Origin: Candidatus Latescibacterota bacterium | Lineage (GTDB): Bacteria > Latescibacterota > UBA2968 | Reading direction: 5' to 3' | DNA: 64,000 nt | NCBI GenBank assembly: GCA_965222605.1 | Contig: OZ244960.1 | Coordinates: 2,784,001 to 2,848,000 of the forward strand | Part shown: positions 29,667 through 38,951 of the stretch, piece after piece | Layout: the number at the start of each line of letters is the position of its first letter | How positions within the stretch are numbered: position 1 is the first letter of the stretch | Program-made: the position numbers and the translations under genes | Notes under the pieces: generated by a model | What the model saw: the letters and a program-made list of their open reading frames with translations, nothing else | Databases searched by the model: none | What the model was told of the DNA's origin: nothing

Positions 29667-30074
29667 ATGACAATCCCAGAACGAATTGACGAATTTCTCA
29701 AGGGAAAAGTATTCGGTGTTATCGGCGCATCGCGGGATCGAGCAAAATACGGCAACAAGATCTTGCGGTGTTATCTACAGAACGGATTGACGGCTTATCC
29801 CATCAATCCCAAAGAGACGAAGATTGAAGGACAACCCTGTTTTCCCGACCTGAATTCACTGCCCGAACCAGTTCACGGCATTTCAATAATCACACCACCG
29901 CCTGTGACAGAGACCATAATCCCTCAAGCTTTCGAAGCGGGCATTCAACATGTGTGGATGCAACCAGGCGCCGAGAGTCCAAAGGCGATAGCGACGGGAG
30001 AAGAATTGGGGCTTTCGGTTATCGGCGATGGTTCGTGTTTGCTCGTGGTATTGGGCTATCGAGAAGATGGATGA
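29667..30074 (+). CDS. CoA-binding protein (YccU-like)
   Basis: VIGASRDRAKYG, PINP, VWMQPGAES. Confidence 0.92.
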   Translation: MTIPERIDEFLKGKVFGVIGASRDRAKYGNKILRCYLQNGLTAYPINPKETKIEGQPCFPDLNSLPEPVHGISIITPPPVTETIIPQAFEAGIQHVWMQPGAESPKAIATGEELGLSVIGDGSCLLVVLGYREDG

Positions 30075-31219
30075 AAGAGATGAAAATTTACGTGTTTTTG
30101 ATCTCTTGTTTCCTCACTATTGCACTTTGTGAAGCCAATGACAGGATTGAGACAGCCAAAGCGCAGACATATCAAGCCATTGATCTGCACCCATTGAGAG
30201 ATGGGATGAGTCACTGGCGCAAGCGATATGGACGCGACCGCAACGACCCGATGTACGATCCGTCGCAGATTGTACATATTGCTGAGAACATGCTGACTTA
30301 CCAGAACGCAGATGGTGGCTGGCCCAATAATGTAGATTGGCAGGCGCAGATTGACCCCGATACAGTCAGAGCGATCAAAGGCGAACGGCGGATGGTCAGC
30401 ACATTTGACAATCACAATACGTTTGCACAGATCGATTATCTGGCCAAGGTGTACGTTACGACTGACCTGGAGCGGTATCGAAATGCCGTCGAAAAGGGTT
30501 TGGGCTATATATTGCACGAACAACATCCCACGGGTGGATGGCGCGGTTGGGATGTGGATGCTATTACCTATAATGACGGTGTGATGATTGGCGTGATGGC
30601 ACTGTTGAGAGATGTGGTGGATCGCAAGCCTCAATTTGCATGGGTAAGCGATGATTTGCACGCCAAAGCCAAAGCCGCACTGGATCGAGCGATTGATGTA
30701 ACGCTAAAATGTCAGATTGTCGTCGAAGGCAAAAAAACGGGATGGTGTCAGCAACACGATCATATAACTTATGAACCCGTGAAAGCGCGCACTTATGAAT
30801 TGCCGTCCATTACCGCGGGACAAACAGCGAATATCGTGCGTTTTTTAATGGCTATTGAAGACCCGAGTGCCGAGATAGTTGATGCAATTGAAAGTGCGGT
30901 GCGATGGTTTCAAAAGGCAAAAATAGAAGGCATCCGTCTCAAGCGCATTGAAATAGACCCCACGCGTTTCAGGAATCACACGGCAACCACAGACCTCGTC
31001 GTTGTCAAAGACCCGGACGCACCGCCTTTGTGGGCGCGTTTTCACGAGATTGGTACAAACCGCCCCTTTATGGCGAACCGGGATGGCAACAAAGTCTATT
31101 CTCTATCAGAGGTCGCCCTGGAAAGGCGAACCGGATATGCATGGTATGGCTACTGGCCCGCGCGAATTTTGGAAAAGGATTATCTCAGGTGGAAAAACAA
31201 AAACAGGAGAAAGCAATGA
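30071..31219 (+). CDS. pelA: Pectate lyase, PelA/Pel-15E (PL10) family
   Basis: Signal peptide; YQNADGGWPNN, TFDN, ITYND, GWCQQHD...ARTYELPS, ERRTGYAWY. Confidence 0.92.
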   Translation: MKEMKIYVFLISCFLTIALCEANDRIETAKAQTYQAIDLHPLRDGMSHWRKRYGRDRNDPMYDPSQIVHIAENMLTYQNADGGWPNNVDWQAQIDPDTVRAIKGERRMVSTFDNHNTFAQIDYLAKVYVTTDLERYRNAVEKGLGYILHEQHPTGGWRGWDVDAITYNDGVMIGVMALLRDVVDRKPQFAWVSDDLHAKAKAALDRAIDVTLKCQIVVEGKKTGWCQQHDHITYEPVKARTYELPSITAGQTANIVRFLMAIEDPSAEIVDAIESAVRWFQKAKIEGIRLKRIEIDPTRFRNHTATTDLVVVKDPDAPPLWARFHEIGTNRPFMANRDGNKVYSLSEVALERRTGYAWYGYWPARILEKDYLRWKNKNRRKQ

Positions 31220-32151
31220 TCTATCGAACATTTGGCAAAACGGGATGGCGTGTTTCAGTCGTTGGATTGGGAACCTGGAACCTGGGCAACCAGTGGGGCG
31301 AGTTGAGCGATCGAGAGGCAACCGATATTTTATTGGCGGCAATTGACAATGGGATGAACTTGCTGGACACCGCCGAATCTTATGGCATCCCCAACGGGAT
31401 GAGTGAATTGCGCATCGGCAAAACCCTGACATCCTCAATGCGCGACAAGCTGATTATCGTGAGCAAAATAGGCAACTGGGGGAGTCGCACCGACGCGCAT
31501 GTGCCAAAGACGGGTCCTGATGCCATTCGCCTGTGTGGACACGCGTGTTTGGGCCGCATGCAAACCGACCGGATCGATGTCATGTTGTGCCATGAAAGCG
31601 GTATTGAGGACCCAACCGTTTATATTGAGGGCTTTGATGCCCTGTGCGAAGAGGGTTTTATCCGCACCTATGGTATTTCGACCAATAGCCTGAATGTGCT
31701 GAAAAACTTCTACGAACTGTCAAACGGTATTTGTGCCGTAGTAGAAGTGGATTATTCACTGATCAATCGCGAACCAGAAGCGGGATTTCTCGATTATTGC
31801 ACAGAAAAAAATCTGGGCATCCTCGTACGAGGCCCATTGGCCAAAGGCGTTTTATCTGGCAAATACAATCGCGAAAGCGTATTTGGCGACACCGTGCGCG
31901 ACGATTGGAATGTGGGACAATCAGATCGCAAAAAATACGAGGAAATGCTGGACAAGCTGGAAGCGATCAGAGAAGCCATTGGAGACGATTCAAAACTCGT
32001 GGAAACCGCTCTCCGGTATGTGATCTCGCACAGATCCAATCCCGTCGTCATTCCGGGCGCAACAAAAGTCGAACAAGTAATAGGCAATGCTCGGGCAGGT
32101 GCCGTCTTGCTGGATGAGGGCTTGTATCGGAAATTGGGGGCTATTGCGTAA
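31216..32151 (+). CDS. Aldo/keto reductase
   Basis: GLGTW, DTAESYG, SKIG, DYSLINR, GPLAKGVL, VIPGA. Confidence 0.93.
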   Translation: MIYRTFGKTGWRVSVVGLGTWNLGNQWGELSDREATDILLAAIDNGMNLLDTAESYGIPNGMSELRIGKTLTSSMRDKLIIVSKIGNWGSRTDAHVPKTGPDAIRLCGHACLGRMQTDRIDVMLCHESGIEDPTVYIEGFDALCEEGFIRTYGISTNSLNVLKNFYELSNGICAVVEVDYSLINREPEAGFLDYCTEKNLGILVRGPLAKGVLSGKYNRESVFGDTVRDDWNVGQSDRKKYEEMLDKLEAIREAIGDDSKLVETALRYVISHRSNPVVIPGATKVEQVIGNARAGAVLLDEGLYRKLGAIA

Positions 32152-32181
32152 CGTCATTTACATAACCAGAGGAAAGATCTA

Positions 32182-33177
32182 ATGCAAATACGGATTCCAT
32201 TTAATGAGTTAAAAGAGGCATTTGTTGCGGCACTCCTGAAGGCGGGATTGTCAGAGGACCGCGCGGAACTATGCGGGCGATTATTCGCAGAGAATCAACG
32301 CGACGGCGTATATTCCCATGGACTGAACCGATTTCCCGGGCTATTGGCAAAACTGCGCGAAGGACGATTAGATGGTGCTGCCGAACCCGAATGCGTGAAA
32401 ACACTGGGCGTCGTGGAGCAATGGGATGGCAAAATGGGGATTGGGCTAATCAATGCCCATCTCGCGATGGGACGCGCAATTGAAATAGCAAAAACAAACG
32501 GCATGGGATGCATAGGCTTGCGCAACACAAATCACTGGATGCGTGCAGGAGCTTATGGCCTGCAAGCCGCCGATGCGGGATGTATCGGCATGTGCTGGAC
32601 CAACACAACCCCGCTCATGCCACCCTGGGGCGCAACGGAGAAACGCATTGGAAACAATCCAATGACAATGGCGATCCCGAGAAAAAATGGACATATTCTC
32701 CTGGACATGGCGATGAGCCAGTATTCCAATGGCAAATTAGAAGTCTTGCAAGCGCGAGGAGAAACATTGCCTATCGCCGGTGGTTTTGATACCGAGGGCA
32801 ATCTGACCTGCGACCCCGGCGCCATTCTCGATTCCAAACGCGCCCTCCCAATTGGCTACTGGAAAGGATCGGCACTCGCGATCGTACTCGACACCCTGGC
32901 CGCGCTATTATCGGGCGGTCAGGCAACACACAATATCGGCGCGCAAGGCGATGAACATGCCGTATCGCAGACCTATATTGCCATTGATGTCACATCGTTA
33001 AACGGACGGGAATGGTGTGAACGAATTGTAAACGGCATAATTGACGACCTGCATGAAGTTCACGAATCTGCACGCTATCCCGGCGAAGGCATGCTGCGAA
33101 CGCGACGCGAGAGTCTGGAGAAAGGGGTGGTGGTAGAGGAGGATCAGTGGGAAGGATTATTGAAGATAACTGATTAA
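32182..33177 (+). CDS. yiaK: 3-dehydro-L-gulonate 2-dehydrogenase (2,3-diketo-L-gulonate reductase)
   Basis: DGVYSHGLNRF, LRNTNHWMR, MCWTNT..MPPWG, DMAMSQYS.GKL, LPIGYWKGS. Confidence 0.9.
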   Translation: MQIRIPFNELKEAFVAALLKAGLSEDRAELCGRLFAENQRDGVYSHGLNRFPGLLAKLREGRLDGAAEPECVKTLGVVEQWDGKMGIGLINAHLAMGRAIEIAKTNGMGCIGLRNTNHWMRAGAYGLQAADAGCIGMCWTNTTPLMPPWGATEKRIGNNPMTMAIPRKNGHILLDMAMSQYSNGKLEVLQARGETLPIAGGFDTEGNLTCDPGAILDSKRALPIGYWKGSALAIVLDTLAALLSGGQATHNIGAQGDEHAVSQTYIAIDVTSLNGREWCERIVNGIIDDLHEVHESARYPGEGMLRTRRESLEKGVVVEEDQWEGLLKITD

Positions 33178-33216
33178 ACCATTTTTCAAGGCTGAACTTT
33201 CTACAGGAGCGTTTTT

Positions 33217-34071
33217 ATGTCTAACCCTTTATTACCCACGACCAATGCCGACGGCTTGTCCGTCGTGCCCATGAGTGAAGAGCAGAAATACCTGTTTGAT
33301 CTGAAAGGATGGATCTGCTTGCCCGGCTTGCTCAGTGAAGAAGAACTCATACCCGTGCGCGAACACCAGATGAAATTTCTGTACGAACGCGACTCATTAC
33401 CCCCCGATGAACGCGACAATCACGGCGGCGCATCGCAGATCCTACTCGATCACCCGGCCGTAGTCGGTGTATTAAACGAAATCATTTCACATCAGGCACT
33501 GGCAAACGAAACCTGCTACGGATTTCGGTATGACCATACCTATACGAGTCATCGACAGGCTGGTCACGACAACTTTCGTCCCCATGGCGGAGGTGGATAC
33601 TTCAACTTTCTCGGAAATTCCCACATCTATCAAATGCAACCGGGAAAAATTCACGCGGGATTGATTCGCGTCGTCTGGGAATTAAATGAGGTGAGAGAGG
33701 GTGACGGCGGCACGATGTTCTTATCGGGCAGTCACAAAGCCGCATTCCCGCGACCTGACACACTGAGTACGCGCGAGAGCAATTTATGGGACACGTATTC
33801 CTGCGCGGGAGGATCCGCACTGATCTTCACCGAAGCCCTGTGTCACTCGGGCACAAAATGGGTCAACGAAGAATGGGATCGGTTGAGCCTATTCACATGT
33901 TATAACACCGTGAATGCAAAATGGGGCAAAGGATGCCCGCCGCCTGAAGTCATTGCCGCGATGCCCCCAAAGCGGCAAACCCTGTTCCGCGGCGTCTGGC
34001 ACGGCATGCGCGAAGTACCGAATGTGAATAGGTATTACGACGAAGTAAATATCGGAAGATATGCAGAATAA
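33217..34071 (+). CDS. Phytanoyl-CoA dioxygenase (PhyH) family protein
   Basis: QKYLFDLKGW, PHGG, GGTMFLSGSHK, FTEALCH, R.S.F..Y. Confidence 0.85.
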   Translation: MSNPLLPTTNADGLSVVPMSEEQKYLFDLKGWICLPGLLSEEELIPVREHQMKFLYERDSLPPDERDNHGGASQILLDHPAVVGVLNEIISHQALANETCYGFRYDHTYTSHRQAGHDNFRPHGGGGYFNFLGNSHIYQMQPGKIHAGLIRVVWELNEVREGDGGTMFLSGSHKAAFPRPDTLSTRESNLWDTYSCAGGSALIFTEALCHSGTKWVNEEWDRLSLFTCYNTVNAKWGKGCPPPEVIAAMPPKRQTLFRGVWHGMREVPNVNRYYDEVNIGRYAE

Positions 34072-34086
34072 AAACAGGAGTGAACC

Positions 34087-34740
34087 ATGAACGTATTGAT
34101 CACCTCGGGCAAAACAGCATTAGCCCGGGCACTATCAGCGGATTTGGCAAAAGAGCACGAAATCGTATTGACGGATCTCGTGGATGTGGAAACAGATTGC
34201 GATTTTGTCAAATGTGAACTCGGGCACGAAGGAGAGACAGAAGCCCTCGTACAGGGAATGGATGCCATTGTACATCTCGCGGAATTGCCCGAAGAATTGA
34301 AAAGTGATGAACGGGAAATGGACTTTCAGACGCGGTGTACTTATAACATCATGCACGCAGCAAAAGAAAAAAACGTGCCGCATGTCGTCTTTATCAGTTC
34401 CCTGAGCTTATTCGCGTCCTGCGATCCCAACTGGAATGTCACAGAAGTCTGGGCACCGCGACCCTCGACAGAATCGGCACCTATGGCGCGCTACCTGGGT
34501 GAATTTACCTGCCGAGAATTTGCGCGAGAGCATTCGGTGCGCGTAACATGCTTGCGATTTGGAGACATAGACAGCAATGGCGACACAGCATTGACAACAG
34601 AAGACGCGGTAAAAGCCATTGGAAAAGCACTGGTAAAAAACGGTCCCATGTGGCAGATATTGCACATGCAATCAGAAGTTGCAAATGCTCGGTTCCCTAC
34701 AGACCAGGCAAAACAAGTATTGGGCCTTAACGAACAATAA
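34087..34740 (+). CDS. NAD(P)-dependent epimerase/dehydratase-like protein with degenerate glycine motif
   Basis: VLITSG, DAIVHLA, VVFISS, ARYLGEFTCREF, CLRFG. Confidence 0.75.
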   Translation: MNVLITSGKTALARALSADLAKEHEIVLTDLVDVETDCDFVKCELGHEGETEALVQGMDAIVHLAELPEELKSDEREMDFQTRCTYNIMHAAKEKNVPHVVFISSLSLFASCDPNWNVTEVWAPRPSTESAPMARYLGEFTCREFAREHSVRVTCLRFGDIDSNGDTALTTEDAVKAIGKALVKNGPMWQILHMQSEVANARFPTDQAKQVLGLNEQ

Positions 34741-34750
34741 TGAGGTCAAC

Positions 34751-35479
34751 ATGAAAGTCGTAATCTACGGAAGCAATGGCCAGTTAGGACCGCATGTGGT
34801 GAAAGCTCTGGAGGGACATGTAGATCTGCGCTTGACCGACCTGGAGCCATTTGACACACCGCACGAAATGATGATAGTAGATGTATCAGACCCCGATGCG
34901 GTCACACGCGCGGCAGAGGGAATGGATGCAATCATCAACCTATCGGTCTTGCGCCCCCACCGACAGATCGCCTTTGACGTAAATACCATGGGATGCTACA
35001 ACATCATGCGCGCAGCGGTTGAGCACGGTATCCCGCGGGTCATCAATACAGGACCGCATTTTACCGTACAGGGCGCACCTTATGAGGCATTGGATTACAA
35101 CATCGGTCCCGATGTCCCACCCAAACCCAGCACAAATCTGTACGCCCTATCCAAGGGCCTGGGTCAAGAAATCTGCCGAATCTTTACCGCGCAGAGCGAT
35201 GTCTATGTATTGTGTTACTTATTCTACATCTTCTGCTATCACGACGACCTGTCAAGACCCGGTCTAAACCGCCCGTTTCTCGTAACATGGCGAGATGCAT
35301 CAGCGGCATTCTTACCGGGCCTGACCATAGATCTCCAAACACTGCCATCGCAATGCGAAGTCTTCAACATCTTTGCAAACCGACCACACCAGAAATTCTC
35401 AAACGAAAAAGCAAAACGCATTCTGGGATGGCAGCCTAAGGATGACCTGGAGCATACGTATCTCAAATCCAACGTGTAA
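34751..35479 (+). CDS. NAD(P)-dependent oxidoreductase (extended SDR, uronate dehydrogenase-like)
   Basis: GSNGQLG, DAIINLS, YALSK (YxxxK), KAKRILGWQP. Confidence 0.85.
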   Translation: MKVVIYGSNGQLGPHVVKALEGHVDLRLTDLEPFDTPHEMMIVDVSDPDAVTRAAEGMDAIINLSVLRPHRQIAFDVNTMGCYNIMRAAVEHGIPRVINTGPHFTVQGAPYEALDYNIGPDVPPKPSTNLYALSKGLGQEICRIFTAQSDVYVLCYLFYIFCYHDDLSRPGLNRPFLVTWRDASAAFLPGLTIDLQTLPSQCEVFNIFANRPHQKFSNEKAKRILGWQPKDDLEHTYLKSNV

Positions 35480-35501
35480 ATAGTCAACCGGAGCAACTCC
35501 G

Positions 35502-36857
35502 ATGATTACCTCGATCCGCCTCGTAAATTTCAAAAACTTCGCCGACGAAACCCTGCGCGTAGGTCCATTTACGGTAATCGTAGGCGCAAACGCCAGCGGC
35601 AAGAGCAATATCCGCGACGCCTTCCGCTTCCTGCACGGCATAGGTCGTGGCTATACCCTGGCGGAGATTATCGGCGGAAAATACGGCTCGGATTGGGAAC
35701 CAATTCGCGGCGCTGGAAATGAGATTGCGCGATTTTGCCCTCCCTATATGCCGTCCGAATTCTCCCTTCATGTCGAACTAACGCTCTCAGGGATAAAGAC
35801 ATATTATTCGATTAAGGTCGGATTAAACCCAACAAATTCCGAAGGGTTCCGCGTATTAGAGGAAGAGCTAAGGACCGAATCCGCAATAATCTATACGACC
35901 ATGAAAACTTCCGAATCCGATCTCTGGTTGCAGGTAGGAGAGAATGGTGAAAGGCAGATCGGCCTTAGCCGGTCTCAACCGGCCCTCACTCAGTTTCTTC
36001 AGAAATACAAGGAGATATGGTACCAGCAAATATCCGACTTGGGCCTTCACTCTGTGCTTGAGAGTATGCGCTTTCTGGACCTGTCTCCAGACAGAATGCG
36101 AGAGGCTTCTTTCCCCGGTGCGAACAGGTTGGGCGATTTTGGTGAAAATTTGCCGACTGTATTGGAGGAAATTTGCACTGACCCCAAACGACAGAAGATT
36201 CTGACAAGTTGGGTACACGAACTCACGCCCATGGATGTACAGGGGTTCGAGTTCCCGCCTGATCCGAGTGGTCGAATTCATCTCATGCTCTGCGAGGCAA
36301 ACGGCAGAAAGGTGTCCGCCGATAGCGCGTCAGACGGCACCTTGCGTTTTCTCGCCATGCTGGCCACGCTACTCGGCAAATATTCCGAGGGCCTATATTT
36401 CTTTGAAGAAATCGACACTGGTATTCACCCAACACGGCTGCATTTATTAATGGACTTGATTGAAGGGCAAACCGCGAAGCAAGGTATTCAGGTAATCACC
36501 ACGACCCATGCGCCAACCCTATTGACTGTAATGAACGATCATACGTTCGAGAACACATCCATAGTGTGCCGGCTGGAAGACTCTTCCGATGCTATTATCC
36601 GCCCGGTTGTCGATCTTCCCAATGTGCGGGAACTGCGGCAGGATCAAGGGCTGGGACGGTTACATGAATCTGGATGGATGGAGAACGCGCTTTATTTCAC
36701 CGAAGACTACGACGAAAAGGACTTCGTTGCAGTTGACCGGCTCCGAGATAAGATGAGGAACAATGATCCCGATTACGTCGAAACACAGATTGTGAAAGCT
36801 GTTGCTGAGGTCAAGGCCAATTCAGGAGACACCAGTGCCATTTGTCGCCCATTATAA
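35502..36857 (+). CDS. ABC-type ATPase (AAA_21/AAA_15 family) with atypical C-terminal tail
   Basis: Walker A GANASGKSN; signature SDGTLRFL; Walker B FFEEIDTGIHP; H-loop TTHAP. Confidence 0.9.
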   Translation: MITSIRLVNFKNFADETLRVGPFTVIVGANASGKSNIRDAFRFLHGIGRGYTLAEIIGGKYGSDWEPIRGAGNEIARFCPPYMPSEFSLHVELTLSGIKTYYSIKVGLNPTNSEGFRVLEEELRTESAIIYTTMKTSESDLWLQVGENGERQIGLSRSQPALTQFLQKYKEIWYQQISDLGLHSVLESMRFLDLSPDRMREASFPGANRLGDFGENLPTVLEEICTDPKRQKILTSWVHELTPMDVQGFEFPPDPSGRIHLMLCEANGRKVSADSASDGTLRFLAMLATLLGKYSEGLYFFEEIDTGIHPTRLHLLMDLIEGQTAKQGIQVITTTHAPTLLTVMNDHTFENTSIVCRLEDSSDAIIRPVVDLPNVRELRQDQGLGRLHESGWMENALYFTEDYDEKDFVAVDRLRDKMRNNDPDYVETQIVKAVAEVKANSGDTSAICRPL

Positions 36858-37241
36858 AGGATGCTTGTGTAGCAACTTCTGCACTACCCACTAAAGCGAA
36901 GTAACTCCACATGACTCAGATGTGCAAGAATTATCTGAAGCGATTCACAACATGCCTGATTTAACAGAGAAAGAAATAGATCTTCAACGCCAAAGATATC
37001 GTCAAATGTATGAGGTCAGGGCGCATCATTGAATTAAAGCGTGAACTGACCTGGACCAGTTGTACCCCGTCCCCAATGCAGGTTCTTGCCGATTATGCCC
37101 CGATGCCGTAATTTGTTAAAAAGGCCGCAATTGCCTATACTACGGAAACTCGAGTTGATTGATGACGGCACCATTTGACTCGGTCCAGGATTGAGAATCT
37201 GATAATCGTATTATTTATATTAGTATATAGCGGAGACAAAC

Positions 37242-38951
37242 ATGGCACTTCATAGTGCTGAGCAAAACGTCGCGAACAAGCAGCCATTGAGTGCTCTGGT
37301 AGCGGATCCCACTTACCGCGAAATTTCGCGGATCAATCCTCGCCGTCTCCTGGGGGCGTACTACACCCCCGACGCACTCGCAAGTATTTTGGCAACATGG
37401 GCACTCGCACCTGGGAAGGGCAATGTCCTGGATCCGAGCTTTGGCGGGTGTGCATTCCTTAATGCGGCAACGACTATCCTGGCCTCCAGAGGTGTTTCAG
37501 AGCCTGGTAAGCGGGTCTTCGGCGTTGATGTGGACCCAACGTGTATGGAGTATGTACTCAAGGATCAAAATCTCATTGAGAAGAACTGCATTATTCAAGA
37601 CTTTCTCAGCTTGTCTCCGAAGGATATACCCGGGGCACCCTTTCACGCCATAACCGGCAATCCTCCCTACGTGCGTCACCACTGGTTTAATGGAACGACC
37701 CGAAAGGCAGGCCGGGCAGCCATGGCCGACGCCGGAGTGGCACTTCCCGATACAGCGAGCGCCTGGGCGTATTTTTTGGTCCACACACTGAGCTTTATCG
37801 CGAAGAACGGCCGGCTCGCAATGCTTGTTCCGGAAGCGATCCTTCAGGCTGACTACGCCACTATCGTCAGGGACTTGCTCACATCCCGTTTCGATCATGT
37901 TTGTCTGGTTCACATTCGCGACCGTCTATTTGAAGGTACAGACGAAGCCGTGGTCGCAGTCGCCGCTTCGCAATATGGTGGTAAAAGAGGCACCTTGCGC
38001 GTTGAAGCTGTCGAGCGATCCGAGGATTTAGCAGCTGTCCTGGACACCCCAAAAGGCGGGAGTTCTACTTCCCATTTGACAACCCCAAAAGGTCGCCGCA
38101 TTGACTCGCTGACTGTCCAATTGCTCGGTGAATTGGAGCAACATTCTGCAGTCCAAAAGGTCTCCGATGTCGCAACCGTGAGGATTGGTTTGGTCACAGG
38201 TGCCAATAAATACTTCATCCGTAATGCCAAAAATCTGAAACAAATCGGTGTTCCTCACGAGTCCTGGGTACGACTAATTTCTCGTACGCGATGGCTATCA
38301 GGACTGGATTTCACCAAAGAAGATCTCCAAAAACTCGTTGAAGCTGACCAACAGGCCATCCTGGTTCGGCCCACACTGGCGTGCGAAAATGCTCCCGGCA
38401 TCAAGCAGTGGATTGACGAGGGAATTGAGGCCGATGTTCACGAGCGATATAAATGCACCATACGCGATCCCTGGTTTCGTGTCGATCTAAAGCCCGTACC
38501 AGACGCCTTCGCCACATGCGCCCGTATGAGTGCTCCCTTGCTCGTTCTCAACCGGGTTGGTTGCCAATGTACCAATGCACTCCATGCCATGTATTTGCAT
38601 TGCGGAAGCGATGCCTCTCTACCTGCCATCGCTGTGGGGTTCCTCACGAGTGCCGTGAGTGTCTGGGCAGAACTCCACGGACGTCGGTACGGAGGAGGCG
38701 TCTTGAAGATGGAACCCGGCACGCTGAATAAAACGCCGGTACCAATAATTCAGGACGCGGAAGATGCCTTTGATGAATTGAATAAACTCATTCGAGATGG
38801 GCGAGAAACCGAAGCAAGAGAACTGGCGGACAATCTCGTTCTTGGAGATCTATTGGGCTTACCAAAGAAAGATATTCAGCGATTACAGCAGGCACACATC
38901 CAGTTGATGATCCAACGCCGACCCACCAGAAATGGAACCAACCATGGCTAA
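37242..38951 (+). CDS. Gamma-class amino-DNA methyltransferase (probably m6A; Eco57I/TaqI-like)
   Basis: GAYYTP, VLDPSFGGCAF, GVDVD, GNPPYVR, GRLAMLVP, TGANKYF, GRRYGGGVLKMEP. Confidence 0.93.
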   Translation: MALHSAEQNVANKQPLSALVADPTYREISRINPRRLLGAYYTPDALASILATWALAPGKGNVLDPSFGGCAFLNAATTILASRGVSEPGKRVFGVDVDPTCMEYVLKDQNLIEKNCIIQDFLSLSPKDIPGAPFHAITGNPPYVRHHWFNGTTRKAGRAAMADAGVALPDTASAWAYFLVHTLSFIAKNGRLAMLVPEAILQADYATIVRDLLTSRFDHVCLVHIRDRLFEGTDEAVVAVAASQYGGKRGTLRVEAVERSEDLAAVLDTPKGGSSTSHLTTPKGRRIDSLTVQLLGELEQHSAVQKVSDVATVRIGLVTGANKYFIRNAKNLKQIGVPHESWVRLISRTRWLSGLDFTKEDLQKLVEADQQAILVRPTLACENAPGIKQWIDEGIEADVHERYKCTIRDPWFRVDLKPVPDAFATCARMSAPLLVLNRVGCQCTNALHAMYLHCGSDASLPAIAVGFLTSAVSVWAELHGRRYGGGVLKMEPGTLNKTPVPIIQDAEDAFDELNKLIRDGRETEARELADNLVLGDLLGLPKKDIQRLQQAHIQLMIQRRPTRNGTNHG

